Shown here one piece after another: positions 50,341 to 62,907 of a stretch of DNA of 64,000 nucleotides. The translations under genes were made by a program, and so were the position numbers. The notes beneath the pieces were generated by a model. The model was given only the letters and a program-made list of their open reading frames with translations. It made no database searches and was not told the origin of the DNA. The DNA is from Burkholderiaceae bacterium (GTDB taxonomy: Bacteria; Pseudomonadota; Gammaproteobacteria; Burkholderiales; Burkholderiaceae): assembly GCA_947448625.1 (NCBI GenBank), contig CANFOT010000002.1:27809-91808 (forward strand). The letters are read 5' to 3'. Each line of letters opens with the position of its first letter. Position 1 is the first letter of the stretch.

Positions 50341-50760
50341 ATGGTTGATGCACAGCAAAACTTAAAAAAAGATAGACCGGTTTATAGAAACATTGGTCTT
50401 GCCCAGTTGATCAAATACCGCCTACCTTGGGCTGGAAAAGTATCGATTCTTCATCGCATTAGCGGTGCGGCATTGTTTTTGATGTTGCCGTTCCTCCTAT
50501 ATCTCTTGGATCAAAGTTTGGCCTCAGAGTTGAGTTACCAAAAATTCCAAGCTATCACTGGCCATGTGTTGGTAAAAATTATTCTCCTGGGGTTGATTTG
50601 GTCTTTCTTGCACCATTTCTGCGCTGGTATCCGTTATCTCTTATTGGATTTAGAGATTGGTGTTGAAAAGCTTGATGCCAATCGCTCAGCTATTTTTGTA
50701 TTTTTCCTGGGCCTAGCGTTATCAGCAGTTGTTGGCCTCAAACTGTTTGGCTTGTACTAA
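50341..50760 (+). CDS. sdhC: Succinate dehydrogenase cytochrome b556 subunit
   Basis: RP, SILHRISG, HHFCAGIR. Confidence 0.96.
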   Translation: MVDAQQNLKKDRPVYRNIGLAQLIKYRLPWAGKVSILHRISGAALFLMLPFLLYLLDQSLASELSYQKFQAITGHVLVKIILLGLIWSFLHHFCAGIRYLLLDLEIGVEKLDANRSAIFVFFLGLALSAVVGLKLFGLY

Positions 50761-50784
50761 GCGTTTTTTCATTAAGGAAATCTA

Positions 50785-51150
50785 ATGCCTATTTATCAAA
50801 TCGGACCTAAGCGTTTAGTTGTTGGCGCTCATTACGGCCTTAAAGAATGGATTATTCAGCGTGTGACTGCCATCGTGATGGTGGTTTTCACAATCGTTTT
50901 GGTGCTCGACTATTGCATTACTGGTAGCGCCACTTATGAAGGTTGGGCTGCATTGTTTAGCAATCAGATCATGAAGCTCTTGACGCTTTTATTCTTCATT
51001 AGCTTGTTCTATCACGCTTGGATTGGTATCCGGGATATCTGGATGGATTACATCAAGCCTGTCAGCATTCGCTTAACACTGCAAGTGTTAACTGTTTTGT
51101 ATCTCGTAGCCTGTGCGGCCTATGCCGTACAAATTTTGTGGAAAGTGTAA
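50785..51150 (+). CDS. sdhD: Succinate dehydrogenase membrane anchor
   Basis: WIIQRVTA, HAWIGIRDIWMDY. Confidence 0.96.
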   Translation: MPIYQIGPKRLVVGAHYGLKEWIIQRVTAIVMVVFTIVLVLDYCITGSATYEGWAALFSNQIMKLLTLLFFISLFYHAWIGIRDIWMDYIKPVSIRLTLQVLTVLYLVACAAYAVQILWKV

Positions 51151-51154
51151 TTCA

Positions 51155-52933
51155 ATGACCGCGATTAAAAAAGCATTGCCACGCCGTCGTTTCGACGCGG
51201 TAATTATTGGTGCAGGTGGTTCAGGTATGCGCGCTTCTTTGCAGTTAGCGGAAGCCGGCCTGAATGTTGCAGTGTTAACTAAGGTTTTCCCAACCCGCTC
51301 ACATACTGTTGCTGCACAGGGCGGTATCGGCGCCTCACTGGGTAACATGAGCGAGGATAACTGGCACTATCACTTTTATGACACCATCAAAGGTTCTGAC
51401 TGGTTGGGTGACCAGGACGTGATTGAATTTATGTGTCGCGAAGCTCCTAAAGTTGTTTATGAGCTAGAGCATTTCGGTATGCCTTTTGACCGCAACCCAG
51501 ATGGCACTATTTATCAGCGTCCGTTTGGTGGTCACACGGCTAATTACGGCGAGAAGGCCGTGCAACGTGCTTGCGCAGCTGCCGACCGAACTGGTCATGC
51601 AATGTTGCACACTTTGTATCAACGTAACGTTCGCGCAAAAACTAACTTCTTTGTAGAGTGGTTGGCACTAGACCTCATTCGCGATGACGCAGGTGATGTT
51701 GTTGGTGTAACTGCGCTTGAAATGGAAACGGGCCAGGTTTACATCTTGGAAACTAAAGTAGTCATGATGGCTACCGGTGGTGCAGGCCGCATTTGGGACG
51801 CATCTACAAACGCATTTATTAATACTGGCGACGGTATGGGTCTCGCGGCTCGTGCAGGCATTCCATTGGAAGATATGGAGTTCTGGCAATTCCACCCAAC
51901 TGGCGTAGCTGGTGCGGGTGTGTTGTTGACGGAAGGTTGCCGCGGTGAAGGCGGTATCTTGCGCAACAAAGATGGTGAGCGCTTTATGGAGCGTTATGCG
52001 CCTACCTATAAAGACTTAGCACCACGCGATTTCGTTTCTCGTTGCATGGATCAGGAAATTAAAGAAGGGCGCGGTTGCGGGCCTAACGGTGATTATGTAG
52101 TTCTCGACTTGACGCATATTGGCGCCGAGACAATCATGAAGCGTTTGCCTTCTGTGTATGAGATCGGTATTAATTTTGCTAACGTTGATGTGACTAAAGA
52201 GCCAATTCCCGTTGTGCCAACAATTCACTATCAGATGGGCGGCATTCCTACTAATATTAATGGTCAAGTGGTGGTACCTGCAAATGGTAAGCATAACGAG
52301 ATTATTAACGGCTTGTATGCCATTGGTGAGTGCTCTTGCGTATCCGTTCACGGTGCTAATCGTCTGGGCACAAACTCCTTGCTGGACCTGTTGGTGTTTG
52401 GTCGTGCGGCAGGTAATCACATTGTGGCGATGGATCTCAAGAATCGAGAATTCAAGCCATTGCCTGCGAATGCTGGCGAACAAACTTTGGCTCGTATTGC
52501 CGCTCTTGATAACTCCACCTCAGGGGAGTATGCGCAAGATGTTGCGAATGATATTCGCAAGACTATGCAGAAATATGCTGGCGTATTCCGCAATCAAGAA
52601 TTGATGGACGAAGGTGTTCGTCAAATGGCAAAGTTGACTGAGCGCGCTAAAAACTTGTGGCTTAAGGATAAGTCTGAGATTTTCAATACAGCACGTATCG
52701 AAGCGCTGGAAGTTGCTAACTTGGTTGAGACCGCTAATGCAACAATGATTTCTGCAGCTGCCCGCAAAGAAAGTCGCGGCGCACATTCGCATGATGATCA
52801 TCAAGAGCGTGATGATGACAACTGGATGAAACACACACTTTGGTATAGCGAAGGCAATCGCTTGGATTACAAGCCGGTTGTTCTGAAGCCATTGACTGTT
52901 GAGTCTTTCCCTCCTAAAGAACGTACTTTCTAA
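51155..52933 (+). CDS. sdhA: Succinate dehydrogenase flavoprotein subunit (start 51155)
   Basis: [28 protein letters not shown]. Confidence 0.99.
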   Translation: MTAIKKALPRRRFDAVIIGAGGSGMRASLQLAEAGLNVAVLTKVFPTRSHTVAAQGGIGASLGNMSEDNWHYHFYDTIKGSDWLGDQDVIEFMCREAPKVVYELEHFGMPFDRNPDGTIYQRPFGGHTANYGEKAVQRACAAADRTGHAMLHTLYQRNVRAKTNFFVEWLALDLIRDDAGDVVGVTALEMETGQVYILETKVVMMATGGAGRIWDASTNAFINTGDGMGLAARAGIPLEDMEFWQFHPTGVAGAGVLLTEGCRGEGGILRNKDGERFMERYAPTYKDLAPRDFVSRCMDQEIKEGRGCGPNGDYVVLDLTHIGAETIMKRLPSVYEIGINFANVDVTKEPIPVVPTIHYQMGGIPTNINGQVVVPANGKHNEIINGLYAIGECSCVSVHGANRLGTNSLLDLLVFGRAAGNHIVAMDLKNREFKPLPANAGEQTLARIAALDNSTSGEYAQDVANDIRKTMQKYAGVFRNQELMDEGVRQMAKLTERAKNLWLKDKSEIFNTARIEALEVANLVETANATMISAAARKESRGAHSHDDHQERDDDNWMKHTLWYSEGNRLDYKPVVLKPLTVESFPPKERTF

Positions 52934-52950
52934 GCGAAGAGAAATTAAAA

Positions 52951-53655
52951 ATGAGTGATATTCGTATATTTGAAATTTACCGCTACGATCCAGATGTCGA
53001 TGCTGCTCCACGCATGGAGCGTTACGAGCTTGAATTGACTGGTGAGCGCATGTTGTTGGATGCCTTGATTTCTCTTAAGAAACAAGATGAAACGATTTCC
53101 TATCGTCGTTCATGCCGTGAAGGTGTTTGTGGCTCTGATGCTATGAACATTAACGGTAAGAATGGTTTGGCTTGCTTAACCAATATGTTGACCTTGCCTA
53201 AGGTGATCACATTACGTCCATTGCCTGGTTTGCCAGTTGTGCGTGACTTGATCGTCGATATGACTTTGTTCTTTAAACAATATTTGTCTATTAAGCCTTA
53301 CTTGGTTAATGACAATCCGTTTCCGGAGAAGGAGCGCCTCCAGAGCCCCGAAGAGCGTGAAGAGTTGAATGGTTTGTATGAGTGCATCTTGTGTGCATCA
53401 TGTTCAACCTCATGCCCATCTTTCTGGTGGAATCCAGATAAGTTTGTTGGCCCGGCTGGTTTACTTCAGGCATATCGCTTCATTGCTGATAGCCGTGATG
53501 AAGATACCGCACAGCGTTTGGATAACCTGGAAGATCCGTATCGTTTATTCCGTTGCCACACCATTATGAATTGTGTGGATGTTTGCCCTAAGCATTTGAA
53601 TCCAACCAAGGCAATTGGCAAGATCAAGGAATTGATGGTGCGTAGGGCGGTATGA
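52951..53655 (+). CDS. sdhB: Succinate dehydrogenase iron-sulfur subunit
   Basis: [17 protein letters not shown]...CP, CHTIMNC...CP. Confidence 0.99.
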   Translation: MSDIRIFEIYRYDPDVDAAPRMERYELELTGERMLLDALISLKKQDETISYRRSCREGVCGSDAMNINGKNGLACLTNMLTLPKVITLRPLPGLPVVRDLIVDMTLFFKQYLSIKPYLVNDNPFPEKERLQSPEEREELNGLYECILCASCSTSCPSFWWNPDKFVGPAGLLQAYRFIADSRDEDTAQRLDNLEDPYRLFRCHTIMNCVDVCPKHLNPTKAIGKIKELMVRRAV

Positions 53656-53921
53656 CCCTTAGCAATGCAGAGTTGTATCGCCTAAAAAGTGATGCCCGCA
53701 GGGGTCTGCTTGAGAACGATTTAATTCTGCAGCGTTTTTTTGAGCGCTACGGCGCTCAACTCAATGCGGAAGATGGAGCGGTATTAACCCAGCTGCTGGC
53801 ACTAGATGACAATGACTTGATGGATTTGCTAATAGGTCGTAAAGATTCTGTGGCAGCGGTGGAAAAAGAGGCTGATAAGCCATCTTTTAAGGCGGTTTTA
53901 CAAAGGCTGAGACAGAAGTAA
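53652..53921 (+). CDS. sdhE: Succinate dehydrogenase flavinylation factor SdhE
   Basis: RRGLLENDL (RGxxE) motif, directly after sdhB. Confidence 0.92.
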   Translation: MTLSNAELYRLKSDARRGLLENDLILQRFFERYGAQLNAEDGAVLTQLLALDDNDLMDLLIGRKDSVAAVEKEADKPSFKAVLQRLRQK

Positions 53922-54003
53922 TTCAGCATTTTGGTGCAATAGTAGTGCTGACGCATGATCAAATAGTGTATTAATCATCAATTTGAATGACTAAGGATTA
54001 GAA

Positions 54004-55317
54004 ATGATTGAATCGGACATCAAGGCAAAATTATCGTTTTCGGACGGCACACCAGATATCGACTTGCCAATTTATAAAGGCACGATTGGTCCTGACGTAA
54101 TTGATATTCGCAAGCTTTACGGTCAAACCGGTAAGTTCACCTACGATTCAGGCTTTCTGTCTACAGCCTCATGCAATAGCAAGATCACCTATATCGATGG
54201 CGATAAAGGTGAACTGCTCTACCGCGGTTATCCAATTGAAGATCTCGCCCATAACTGCGACTTCTTGGAAGTTTGCTACCTGTTGTTGAATGGTGATTTA
54301 CCAAACGCCAAGCAGAAAAAAGATTTCGAAGAGCTGGTCATGCATCACACGATGGTTCATGAGCAAATGCAATTCTTCTTGCGCGGTTTCCGTCGTGATG
54401 CACATCCAATGTCAGTATTAACAGGCTTGGTTGGTGCGATGGCCGCTTTCTATCATGATGAAATCGATTACAGCGAGCCGCATGCTCGTGAAGTTGCTCA
54501 GATTCGCTTGATTGCGAAGATGCCAACGTTGGTTGCGATGGCCTATAAGTATTCTGTTGGTCAACCTTTTATCTATCCTGACAACTCTTTGTCATATACC
54601 GCAAACTTCATGCGCATGATGTTTGCAACTCCATGCGAAGAGTACAAAGTCAACCCAGTATTGGTACGCGCTTTGGATCGCATTTTCACATTGCATGCTG
54701 ATCATGAGCAAAATGCCTCCACTTCAACAGTACGCTTGTGCGGATCTTCCGGCACCAATCCATTTGCTGCTATCTCTGCTGGTATCGCTTGCCTCTGGGG
54801 CCCAGCACACGGTGGTGCCAATGAAGCTTGTTTGCAGATGCTCAATGAAATCCAAGCAAATGGTGGCGTAGATAAGATCCATGAATTTATCGCCCAAGTT
54901 AAAGACAAGAACTCTAGCGTTCGTTTGATGGGCTTTGGTCACCGTGTTTATAAAAACTTCGACCCACGTGCAAAACTCATGCGTGAAACTTGCCATGAAG
55001 TATTGAAAGAAATGGGCCTCGAGAACGATCCATTGTTCAAGCTGGCGATGACTCTTGAGAAGATTGCCTTGGAAGACGAATATTTCGTTAGCCGCAAGCT
55101 CTATCCAAACGTAGACTTCTACTCTGGAATTGTTCAGCGTGCTTTGGGTATCCCAACCGAAATGTTTACTTGTGTATTTGCATTAGCAAGAACAGTGGGC
55201 TGGATTGCTCAATGGGAAGAAATGATTACTGATCCTGAGTACAAGATTGGTCGTCCGCGCCAGCTCTATGTTGGCGAAACTTCCCGCAAGGTTCCTAGCA
55301 TCTCTGTTCGTAAATAA
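54004..55317 (+). CDS. gltA: Citrate synthase (type II)
   Basis: [40 protein letters not shown]. Confidence 0.99.
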   Translation: MIESDIKAKLSFSDGTPDIDLPIYKGTIGPDVIDIRKLYGQTGKFTYDSGFLSTASCNSKITYIDGDKGELLYRGYPIEDLAHNCDFLEVCYLLLNGDLPNAKQKKDFEELVMHHTMVHEQMQFFLRGFRRDAHPMSVLTGLVGAMAAFYHDEIDYSEPHAREVAQIRLIAKMPTLVAMAYKYSVGQPFIYPDNSLSYTANFMRMMFATPCEEYKVNPVLVRALDRIFTLHADHEQNASTSTVRLCGSSGTNPFAAISAGIACLWGPAHGGANEACLQMLNEIQANGGVDKIHEFIAQVKDKNSSVRLMGFGHRVYKNFDPRAKLMRETCHEVLKEMGLENDPLFKLAMTLEKIALEDEYFVSRKLYPNVDFYSGIVQRALGIPTEMFTCVFALARTVGWIAQWEEMITDPEYKIGRPRQLYVGETSRKVPSISVRK

Positions 55318-55335
55318 AAGCTTTAGAGGGTATTC

Positions 55336-56745
55336 ATGTCACGCACGCTTTACGACAAATTGTGGGATGACCATGTCGTCTATTCTGAACAAGATGGCAC
55401 CGCCACGATTTATATTGATCGTCAGTTATTGCATGAGGTGACAAGCCCTCAAGCTTTTGAGGGACTGAGCCTGGCCAAGCGCCCGGTGTGGCGCATTTCT
55501 GCCAATCTAGCGGTTTCAGATCACAACGTTCCAACGACAGATCGCTCCGAAGGAATCGCGGATCCAATTTCTAAATTACAAGTAGATACATTGGATCAAA
55601 ATTGTGATGCCTTTGGTATTACTCAATACAAAATGAACGATCTCCGCCAAGGCATTGTTCACGTCATTGGACCGGAGCAGGGCGCTACCTTGCCTGGCAT
55701 GACTGTAGTCTGCGGTGATTCACATACAAGTACTCATGGCGCTTTTGGCGCACTGGCATTTGGTATTGGTACATCTGAAGTGGAGCATGTATTGGCCACC
55801 CAAACCTTGCTCATGAAAAAGAGTAAGAATATGTTGGTAAGGGTGGATGGACGCCTTCAGCCAGGTTCCACCGCAAAAGATATCGTGCTGGCTGTCATTG
55901 GCAAGATTGGTACTGCTGGTGGCACCGGTTACACAATTGAGTTTGCAGGTGAAGCGATTCGCAATTTGTCTATGGAAGGTCGCATGACCCTCTGCAATAT
56001 GGCAATTGAGGCAGGCGCTCGTGCTGGACTTGTAGCTGTTGATGAAACTACCATCGAATACATTCAAGGCAGACCTTACGCACCTAAAGGCGAGGCTATG
56101 CGCCATGCTTTGCAATACTGGCGCACCTTGCATTCCGATGTGGATGCGAAGTTTGATGCCGTCGTAGAGTTGCGTGCTGAAGAGATTGCTCCTCAAGTAA
56201 CTTGGGGCACCTCACCAGAAATGGTTTTATCTATTAGCGATCGTGTTCCTGATCCTGAGAAAGAGCGTGATGCAAATAAACGTTCAGCCATGGAGCGTGC
56301 TCTTGAGTACATGGGTCTTGTTCCAAACACCCCATTAAGTAATATTTCGATTGATAAGGTATTTATCGGTTCCTGCACCAATAGTCGGATTGAAGATATT
56401 CGCGCTGCCGCTAAGGTTGTAGATCGTCTTGGAAAAAAAGTTGCCGCTAATGTCAAATTAGCATTGGTAGTGCCTGGATCTGGATTGGTAAAAGCCCAAG
56501 CAGAGCGTGAGGGTCTGGATCGTGTATTTAAAGCCGCTGGCTTTGAATGGCGTGAGCCTGGTTGCTCCATGTGCCTAGCCATGAATGCTGATCGCCTAGA
56601 GCCAGGTGAGCGCTGCGCCTCCACATCGAATCGTAACTTTGAAGGTCGCCAAGGTAATGGCGGAAGAACACATTTAGTTAGTCCGGCAATGGCAGCTGCT
56701 GCTGCGATTGAAGGTCACTTTGTTGATGTTCGTAAGATTTCTTAA
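55336..56745 (+). CDS. leuC: 3-isopropylmalate dehydratase large subunit
   Basis: [39 protein letters not shown]. Confidence 0.98.
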   Translation: MSRTLYDKLWDDHVVYSEQDGTATIYIDRQLLHEVTSPQAFEGLSLAKRPVWRISANLAVSDHNVPTTDRSEGIADPISKLQVDTLDQNCDAFGITQYKMNDLRQGIVHVIGPEQGATLPGMTVVCGDSHTSTHGAFGALAFGIGTSEVEHVLATQTLLMKKSKNMLVRVDGRLQPGSTAKDIVLAVIGKIGTAGGTGYTIEFAGEAIRNLSMEGRMTLCNMAIEAGARAGLVAVDETTIEYIQGRPYAPKGEAMRHALQYWRTLHSDVDAKFDAVVELRAEEIAPQVTWGTSPEMVLSISDRVPDPEKERDANKRSAMERALEYMGLVPNTPLSNISIDKVFIGSCTNSRIEDIRAAAKVVDRLGKKVAANVKLALVVPGSGLVKAQAEREGLDRVFKAAGFEWREPGCSMCLAMNADRLEPGERCASTSNRNFEGRQGNGGRTHLVSPAMAAAAAIEGHFVDVRKIS

Positions 56746-56778
56746 GGAATTACAGTGTTTAAATGGTCTTCTTTCACA

Positions 56779-56958
56779 ATGATTAAAAAATTAACAATTG
56801 TTGCTGTCGCAGGAATCCTTCTTTCCGCTTGCAGCAATATGATGGAAGGTCTTGGTAAGGATATGCAAACCATGGGTAATTCTATGGGTGGTAACTCTAC
56901 CAATACCAATCAATCCCAAACTAAAGGGAAAGATGTTGTGGTGACGCCGGTTAAGTAA
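56779..56958 (+). CDS. Entericidin A/B-like small lipoprotein
   Basis: MIKK + hydrophobic stretch + lipobox LSAC, then N-x-x-x-G-x-G-K-D-x-Q. Confidence 0.75.
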   Translation: MIKKLTIVAVAGILLSACSNMMEGLGKDMQTMGNSMGGNSTNTNQSQTKGKDVVVTPVK

Positions 56959-56987
56959 GCGCACTGTAGACATTTAGCAAAGAAATT

Positions 56988-57635
56988 ATGGAAAAATTTA
57001 CGGTATATAAAGGCTTGGTTGCTCCGCTAAATCGCGAGAACGTTGATACCGATGCCATCATCCCAAAACAGTTTTTGAAGTCAATTAAAAAAACAGGCTT
57101 TGGTCAAAACTTATTTGATGAATGGCGTTACCTTGATCATGGTGAGCCCGGTCAGGATTGCAGTAACCGCCCAATTAATCCAGATTTTGTTTTAAACCAG
57201 CCCCGCTATAAAGACGCAGGAATTTTGCTGGCTCGCAAGAATTTTGGCTGCGGTAGCTCCCGCGAGCACGCGCCTTGGGCTTTAGATCAATACGGCTTCA
57301 GAGCGGTTATTGCACCTAGCTTCGCTGATATTTTTTACAATAATTGCTTTAAAAATGGCCTTTTGCCAATTATTCTGACCGAACTACAGGTTGACCATTT
57401 ATTCAATGAAACACTGGCTTTTAGTGGATACCAGCTCACAATTGACCTGGAAACTCAACAGGTGCTAACCCCTGATGGAACCGCATATAGCTTTGATGTG
57501 GCGCCATTTAGAAAGCATTGCCTGCTCAACGGCTTGGACGATATTGGCTTAACCCTGCAACATGCAGATAAAATCAAGGCTTACGAAGCTGAGCGCATCC
57601 TCAAGATGCCTTGGCTTGCTACACAACTGCCGTAG
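56988..57635 (+). CDS. leuD: 3-isopropylmalate dehydratase small subunit
   Basis: [30 protein letters not shown]. Confidence 0.98.
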   Translation: MEKFTVYKGLVAPLNRENVDTDAIIPKQFLKSIKKTGFGQNLFDEWRYLDHGEPGQDCSNRPINPDFVLNQPRYKDAGILLARKNFGCGSSREHAPWALDQYGFRAVIAPSFADIFYNNCFKNGLLPIILTELQVDHLFNETLAFSGYQLTIDLETQQVLTPDGTAYSFDVAPFRKHCLLNGLDDIGLTLQHADKIKAYEAERILKMPWLATQLP

Positions 57636-57658
57636 TTTTATAGAGTTAAAGGCCTTTC

Positions 57659-58732
57659 ATGAAAATTGCAGTCCTACCGGGCGATGGTATCGGCCCGGAA
57701 ATCGTTGCTGAAGCCGTTAAAGTGTTAAACGCGCTTGGCCCTAAATTTGACCTTGAGACAGCTCCCGTTGGCGGCGCTGCTTATGATGTCGCTGGACATC
57801 CATTACCCCCCGCAACTTTAGAGCTTGCTAAAAAAGCAGATGCTATTTTGTTTGGTGCAGTTGGTGACTGGAAATACGACACGTTGGCACGTGAACTTCG
57901 TCCTGAGCAGGCCATCTTAGGTCTGCGTAAACATTTGGAATTGTTTGCTAATTTTAGGCCCGCTATTTGCTATGACGAGCTTACTGCCGCATCAAGCCTG
58001 AAGCCTGAAATTGTTAGCGGCCTAGATATATTGATTATTCGCGAGCTCAATGGTGACATCTACTTTGGTCAGCCGCGCGGTATTCGCACTTCTGAACTAC
58101 CTTTATTTAAGGGTGCGCGCGAAGGCTACGACATGATGCATTACAGCGAGCCAGAAGTGGAGCGTATTGGACGTGTAGCTTTTGAGGCGGCGCGTAAACG
58201 TGGCAAAAAAGTCTGCAGCGTAGATAAGGCCAATGTATTAGAGACTTCACAACTCTGGCGCGATGTCATGATTCGTGTTGGTAAAGATTACCCGGATGTT
58301 GAGTTATCCCATATGTATGTTGATAACGCAGCAATGCAATTGGTCAAAGCACCAAAAGCATTTGATGTCGTTGTCACCGGGAACTTGTTTGGCGACATTC
58401 TCTCGGATGAGGCATCAATGTTGACTGGCTCAATCGGTATGTTGCCATCCGCCTCATTGGATAAAAACAATAAAGGCTTATACGAGCCAAGTCATGGCTC
58501 AGCGCCGGATATCGCTGGTAAAGGCATTGCTAATCCATTGGCAACCATTCTTTCTGCTGCGATGATGTTGCGTTACTCATTGGGTATGCCGGCTGAAGCT
58601 AAGCGTATTGAGGCGGCCGTGCAAAAGGTCTTATCTCAAGGCTTGCGTACTGCTGACATCTATACCGAAGGCACAACCAAGGTTTCTACTGTAGAAATGG
58701 GCGATGCCGTGGTTGCTGCTCTTTCAAAATAA
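57659..58732 (+). CDS. leuB: 3-isopropylmalate dehydrogenase
   Basis: [34 protein letters not shown]. Confidence 0.98.
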   Translation: MKIAVLPGDGIGPEIVAEAVKVLNALGPKFDLETAPVGGAAYDVAGHPLPPATLELAKKADAILFGAVGDWKYDTLARELRPEQAILGLRKHLELFANFRPAICYDELTAASSLKPEIVSGLDILIIRELNGDIYFGQPRGIRTSELPLFKGAREGYDMMHYSEPEVERIGRVAFEAARKRGKKVCSVDKANVLETSQLWRDVMIRVGKDYPDVELSHMYVDNAAMQLVKAPKAFDVVVTGNLFGDILSDEASMLTGSIGMLPSASLDKNNKGLYEPSHGSAPDIAGKGIANPLATILSAAMMLRYSLGMPAEAKRIEAAVQKVLSQGLRTADIYTEGTTKVSTVEMGDAVVAALSK

Positions 58733-58783
58733 GAATTTCCCCATTCAAAATACTTCATCACTCTGAATAGATAGTTGATCATC

Positions 58784-59941
58784 ATGGCAAATACAAAAAC
58801 ACCATTAGTAGGCTTAGTTGGCTGGCGCGGTATGGTTGGTAGCGTTCTCATGGAGAGAATGCTGGCCGAAAAGGATTTTGACCTAATTGAGCCTGTATTC
58901 TTTAGTACCAGCCAAGCTGGTGGTGAGGTGCCACTTTTGAATGGTCAGAAAGTTACTCAGAGTGAAAATGCCTTGCTTGATGCGAATGACATCAAAGCGC
59001 TGTCACGTTGCGACATTATTTTGACCTGTCAGGGCGGTGACTATACCAATGAGATATTCCCGCAACTCCGTGCTGCTGGATGGCAAGGTCACTGGATTGA
59101 TGCTGCTAGCGCTCTGCGTATGAAGGACGATGCTGTATTGGTTCTGGATCCAGTGAATCGTTCAGTGATTGATAAGGCACTAGCTGCTGGTGGAAAAAAC
59201 TGGATTGGCAGTAACTGCACTGTTAGCTTAATGATGATGGCGATGGGTGGTTTAGTTAAGGCCGACATGGTTGAGTGGATTAGTGCCATGACTTATCAGG
59301 CGGCTTCTGGTGCTGGCGCGCAAAATATGCGAGAGCTACTATTGCAAATGGGCGCTTTGCGTGACAGCGTTGCAACCGAATTGGCTGATCCTTCGTCATG
59401 GATTCTGGACATCGATCGTAAAATTACAGAGACATTGCGCTCGCCCGATTTTCCAAAGAAGAACTTCCGCAATACCCCTTTGGCGGGTAGCTTGATACCC
59501 TGGATTGATGTGCCTGTTGAAAATGGACAAACTAAAGAAGAGTGGAAGGGTGGTGCTGAGTTCAACAAGATCCTGGGTCGTCCGGCTTTCAGAACACCAG
59601 GAAGTATTCCAATTGATGGTCTGTGTGTTCGTGTTGGCGCCATGCGTTGCCACTCACAAGGCTTAACCGTCAAGCTCAAAAAAGATACTCCATTGAAAGA
59701 GATTGAAGCAATCTTGGCCAATGACAATCAGTGGGTGAAAGTGATCCCAAATGATCGTGAGACTACTGAGCGTGAATTATCTCCAGCGGCAATTAGCGGT
59801 ACCTTAACAGTTCCAATTGGCCGCTTGCATAAGATGGCTATGGGACCTGAATATCTTGGCGCCTTTACTGTGGGTGATCAACTTTTATGGGGCGCTGCTG
59901 AACCATTGCGTCGTATGCTCCGTATCTTGTTAGAGCACTAA
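58784..59941 (+). CDS. asd: Aspartate-semialdehyde dehydrogenase
   Basis: [37 protein letters not shown]. Confidence 0.98.
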   Translation: MANTKTPLVGLVGWRGMVGSVLMERMLAEKDFDLIEPVFFSTSQAGGEVPLLNGQKVTQSENALLDANDIKALSRCDIILTCQGGDYTNEIFPQLRAAGWQGHWIDAASALRMKDDAVLVLDPVNRSVIDKALAAGGKNWIGSNCTVSLMMMAMGGLVKADMVEWISAMTYQAASGAGAQNMRELLLQMGALRDSVATELADPSSWILDIDRKITETLRSPDFPKKNFRNTPLAGSLIPWIDVPVENGQTKEEWKGGAEFNKILGRPAFRTPGSIPIDGLCVRVGAMRCHSQGLTVKLKKDTPLKEIEAILANDNQWVKVIPNDRETTERELSPAAISGTLTVPIGRLHKMAMGPEYLGAFTVGDQLLWGAAEPLRRMLRILLEH

Positions 59942-61326
59942 TGTTCAGATTTAGCCAAATTCAGTTTGCAAAAGCGCTTTGCTTAGTTTGGCTCAGTTGG
60001 TCGTGTGCAGCCTCGGCTATTTCTCTTGGCTCCCCAAAACTCCTTTCTAGACCTGGTGAACCCCTCAAGGTAGAGTTCCCAATTCGGGTTGGGGCAGATG
60101 AGCAGTCAGCACTCTCCAGCTTAAATGTGGGTATTGCCAATAAGGCTGCCTACGATCGCTTGGGCATTTCTCAAAAGATACTTGCACTCAATCCTCAGGC
60201 GATGATTTATCGCAATCAACAAGAGCGGTTGATGGTCTTGCTCGAAACGGTCGAATCTGTTCCTATTGAGGATGATCCATTCCTGGACGTCTTGGTGACA
60301 TTAAATTGGTCTGCAGGCAGCCTCACTAAAACCTATACATTGTTGCTTGACGATACCCAAAAGATCCTGGTAAGACCAGGTCAAACACTTTCAGAGATAG
60401 CGGCACAATTGGCACCTCAGTTGCAGGGTGCAACGCTAGATCAAACCATGATGGCTCTTTTTAGGGCCAATCCAGATGCATTTGCTAGCGGGAGCATTAA
60501 CCGACTTGAGGCTGGCGCTGAGCTCAATCAACCCAATCAAGCTTTGCTACGTTCGATTAGCCCAGCAGAGGCTCAACAATTTGTTTCTGAGTCAAATGCC
60601 CAGTGGTTATCAGAGCGAGAGTCGAAGAGTGGGGCGCAAGGTAAGAATATTGCTAAAAATAGTGCAGAGGCAGCAGCTAAGGATCGACTCAAAATTGGTT
60701 CAAGTGCCGAAGGCAGTTCAGAGGAGCGACGTTACACAGAAGACCTCGTTGCGCAAGAAAAAGCGCTTGAGCAAACTCGTGTGCGCGTAGCCGAACTTGA
60801 AAAGAATATTGCAGACTTGCAGCGCTTGCTTGACCAAGCAAAGGGCAAGTCATTGGAATCCGAAAAAAATAATGGATCATTTAATTTGGGTGGATATGCA
60901 CCAGCGATCTTTGCTTTAGTAATGATGGGCCTTACAGGTTTACTGCTTTGGTTGTTAGCAAAAAATGCTCGCCAGTCTGAAGCGCGCAATTTTTCAGGCA
61001 ACATCTCTAAAAAAGCTGCCGCCCCCAAAGAGCATCATTCATCTCTTGACGCAATGCCAGATCGTGCTAAGGCATTGTTTGCGGGAATTGATTTAGATTT
61101 AACGCCTGCCAATAAATCGACGCAGCTCCCGGCTATCGAGATAAACCCACTTGCTGATGCTCTGCGGGTTAAGTTGAATTTGGCTCGGGCATATATCACC
61201 ATTGAAGATTTTGCTGCAGCCAAAAAATCTCTTCAAGAAATTGTTCAAATCGGTGGGTCAGTTGATCCTGCGATTACGGTAGAGGCCCAGGGCTTACTAT
61301 CTAAACTGTCAGACCGAAATAGTTAA
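59941..61326 (+). CDS. fimV: Short FimV/HubP-like polar landmark protein
   Basis: Signal peptide, FimV N-terminal domain, LysM ([11 protein letters not shown]...NPDAF..GSINRL), coiled coil, TM, C-terminal KLNLARAY; asd-fimV-truA synteny. Confidence 0.85.
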   Translation: MFRFSQIQFAKALCLVWLSWSCAASAISLGSPKLLSRPGEPLKVEFPIRVGADEQSALSSLNVGIANKAAYDRLGISQKILALNPQAMIYRNQQERLMVLLETVESVPIEDDPFLDVLVTLNWSAGSLTKTYTLLLDDTQKILVRPGQTLSEIAAQLAPQLQGATLDQTMMALFRANPDAFASGSINRLEAGAELNQPNQALLRSISPAEAQQFVSESNAQWLSERESKSGAQGKNIAKNSAEAAAKDRLKIGSSAEGSSEERRYTEDLVAQEKALEQTRVRVAELEKNIADLQRLLDQAKGKSLESEKNNGSFNLGGYAPAIFALVMMGLTGLLLWLLAKNARQSEARNFSGNISKKAAAPKEHHSSLDAMPDRAKALFAGIDLDLTPANKSTQLPAIEINPLADALRVKLNLARAYITIEDFAAAKKSLQEIVQIGGSVDPAITVEAQGLLSKLSDRNS

Positions 61327-61334
61327 GTATCACC

Positions 61335-62162
61335 ATGCGGATCGCCTTGGGTCTTCAATATGATGGCAGCCCTTATTCTGGTTGGCAGTCTCAGGTAAAC
61401 CAAAGCACGATTCAAGATGAACTAGAAATGGCTATTTCAGCTTTTGTGGGTGCTGATGCACTCAAATCTAATTCTATCCGCGTGGTTACGGCTGGTAGAA
61501 CGGATACAGGTGTGCATGCTCTAGGTCAAGTTATTCACTTTGACGTTGAAGTTGAGCGAGAAAACTGGTCTTGGGTCCGGGGGGTCAACACATTCCTGCC
61601 CGAATCAATAGTAGTAAATTGGGCTCAAGTGGTTTCAGAAGAATTTAGTGCTCGTTATTCTGCTCATGAGCGTACTTATATCTACGCATTACACGCAGGA
61701 CCCTGCCGCTCTCCCATGGCAGCAGATCGTGCAGGTTATGTGATGTTGCCAGCAGATCGCTGGTTTGATGTTGATGCAATGAGGCAGGCCGCTCAATGTT
61801 TGATTGGTGAGCATGATTTCACCTCATTCCGCTCTTCGGAGTGTCAAAGTAAGACTCCGATCAAGACCATGTATTCCATTGAGATATTCTCCAATGAGCC
61901 TTGGTTATATTTCAAGATTAAAGGGAATGCCTTCTTGCATCACATGGTGCGTAACTTAGTTGGTAGCTTTATCCAGATTGGTGTTGGGAAGCAAAAAGCT
62001 GAATGGATGGCAGAAGTCTTGGCTGCTAAAGACCGTAGCATTGCTGCGCCTACTTTTTCTCCGGCTGGCCTGTATTTAGCTCAAATTGCTTATCCTGAAG
62101 AGTTTCATATCCCAAAACCCTGGCTTGAGAATTCTTGGTTGCCCAAGACAGTTTTTGCCTAA
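61335..62162 (+). CDS. truA: tRNA pseudouridine(38-40) synthase
   Basis: [34 protein letters not shown]. Confidence 0.97.
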   Translation: MRIALGLQYDGSPYSGWQSQVNQSTIQDELEMAISAFVGADALKSNSIRVVTAGRTDTGVHALGQVIHFDVEVERENWSWVRGVNTFLPESIVVNWAQVVSEEFSARYSAHERTYIYALHAGPCRSPMAADRAGYVMLPADRWFDVDAMRQAAQCLIGEHDFTSFRSSECQSKTPIKTMYSIEIFSNEPWLYFKIKGNAFLHHMVRNLVGSFIQIGVGKQKAEWMAEVLAAKDRSIAAPTFSPAGLYLAQIAYPEEFHIPKPWLENSWLPKTVFA

Positions 62163-62200
62163 GCGGGTCTTTATTTGCTCAAGGCCTTATCATTTCGCCT

Positions 62201-62875
62201 ATGGGCTTACTTATTAACTCTCCAGGCAGAACCAGAGTCAAAATCTGTGGCTTAAAGACGCCCGCAGACGTTGATGCTGCGGTTGCCGCAGGCGTGGATG
62301 CAATTGGCCTGGTGTTCTATCCACCCAGCCCACGGGCTGTAAGCCCTAATATTGCCGCTGCTTTGATCTCTAGACTTCCATCTGGGGTAGATGCTGTCGG
62401 CTTGGTGGTAAACGCGACAGATGAAGAATTTGAGGCTATCAGGGCAGTTGCCCCCATCACTTTATGGCAGTTTCATGGGGATGAATCTCCTGAGGAATGT
62501 GAGCGCTTGGCTGCAGGTCAGCCATGGATGAAAGCTGCCCGTGTTGGAGCTGGCTTCGCGTTTGATGATTTTTCCCTACAATATAGTCAAGCAAATGCCT
62601 TTTTGCTCGATGCCCTAGTGGAGGGTTATGGTGGAGGGGGCGTTCCTTTTGATTGGTCGGGAATTCCACAAGCATGGATAAGCGCAAACGCGCCTCAGGT
62701 CGTTTTGAGTGGTGGGTTGAACGTTCACAACGTGGGCGAAGCCATTGCTCGTCTGCATCCTTGTGCGGTTGACGTCTCTAGTGGCGTAGAAATTAGCAAG
62801 GGCGCAAAAGATCATGCCTTGATGAGGCAGTTTGTCGAGGCGGTGCGTGCGGCAGACGCAAGCACATCACTCTAA
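62201..62875 (+). CDS. trpF: Phosphoribosylanthranilate isomerase (start probably 62201)
   Basis: RVKICGL, SPR, QFHGDE, GGGG..FDW, VDVSSGVE. Confidence 0.96.
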   Translation: MGLLINSPGRTRVKICGLKTPADVDAAVAAGVDAIGLVFYPPSPRAVSPNIAAALISRLPSGVDAVGLVVNATDEEFEAIRAVAPITLWQFHGDESPEECERLAAGQPWMKAARVGAGFAFDDFSLQYSQANAFLLDALVEGYGGGGVPFDWSGIPQAWISANAPQVVLSGGLNVHNVGEAIARLHPCAVDVSSGVEISKGAKDHALMRQFVEAVRAADASTSL

Positions 62876-62907
62876 TTATTTGCTGTAACTAATCAAAAGA
62901 GGTATTT

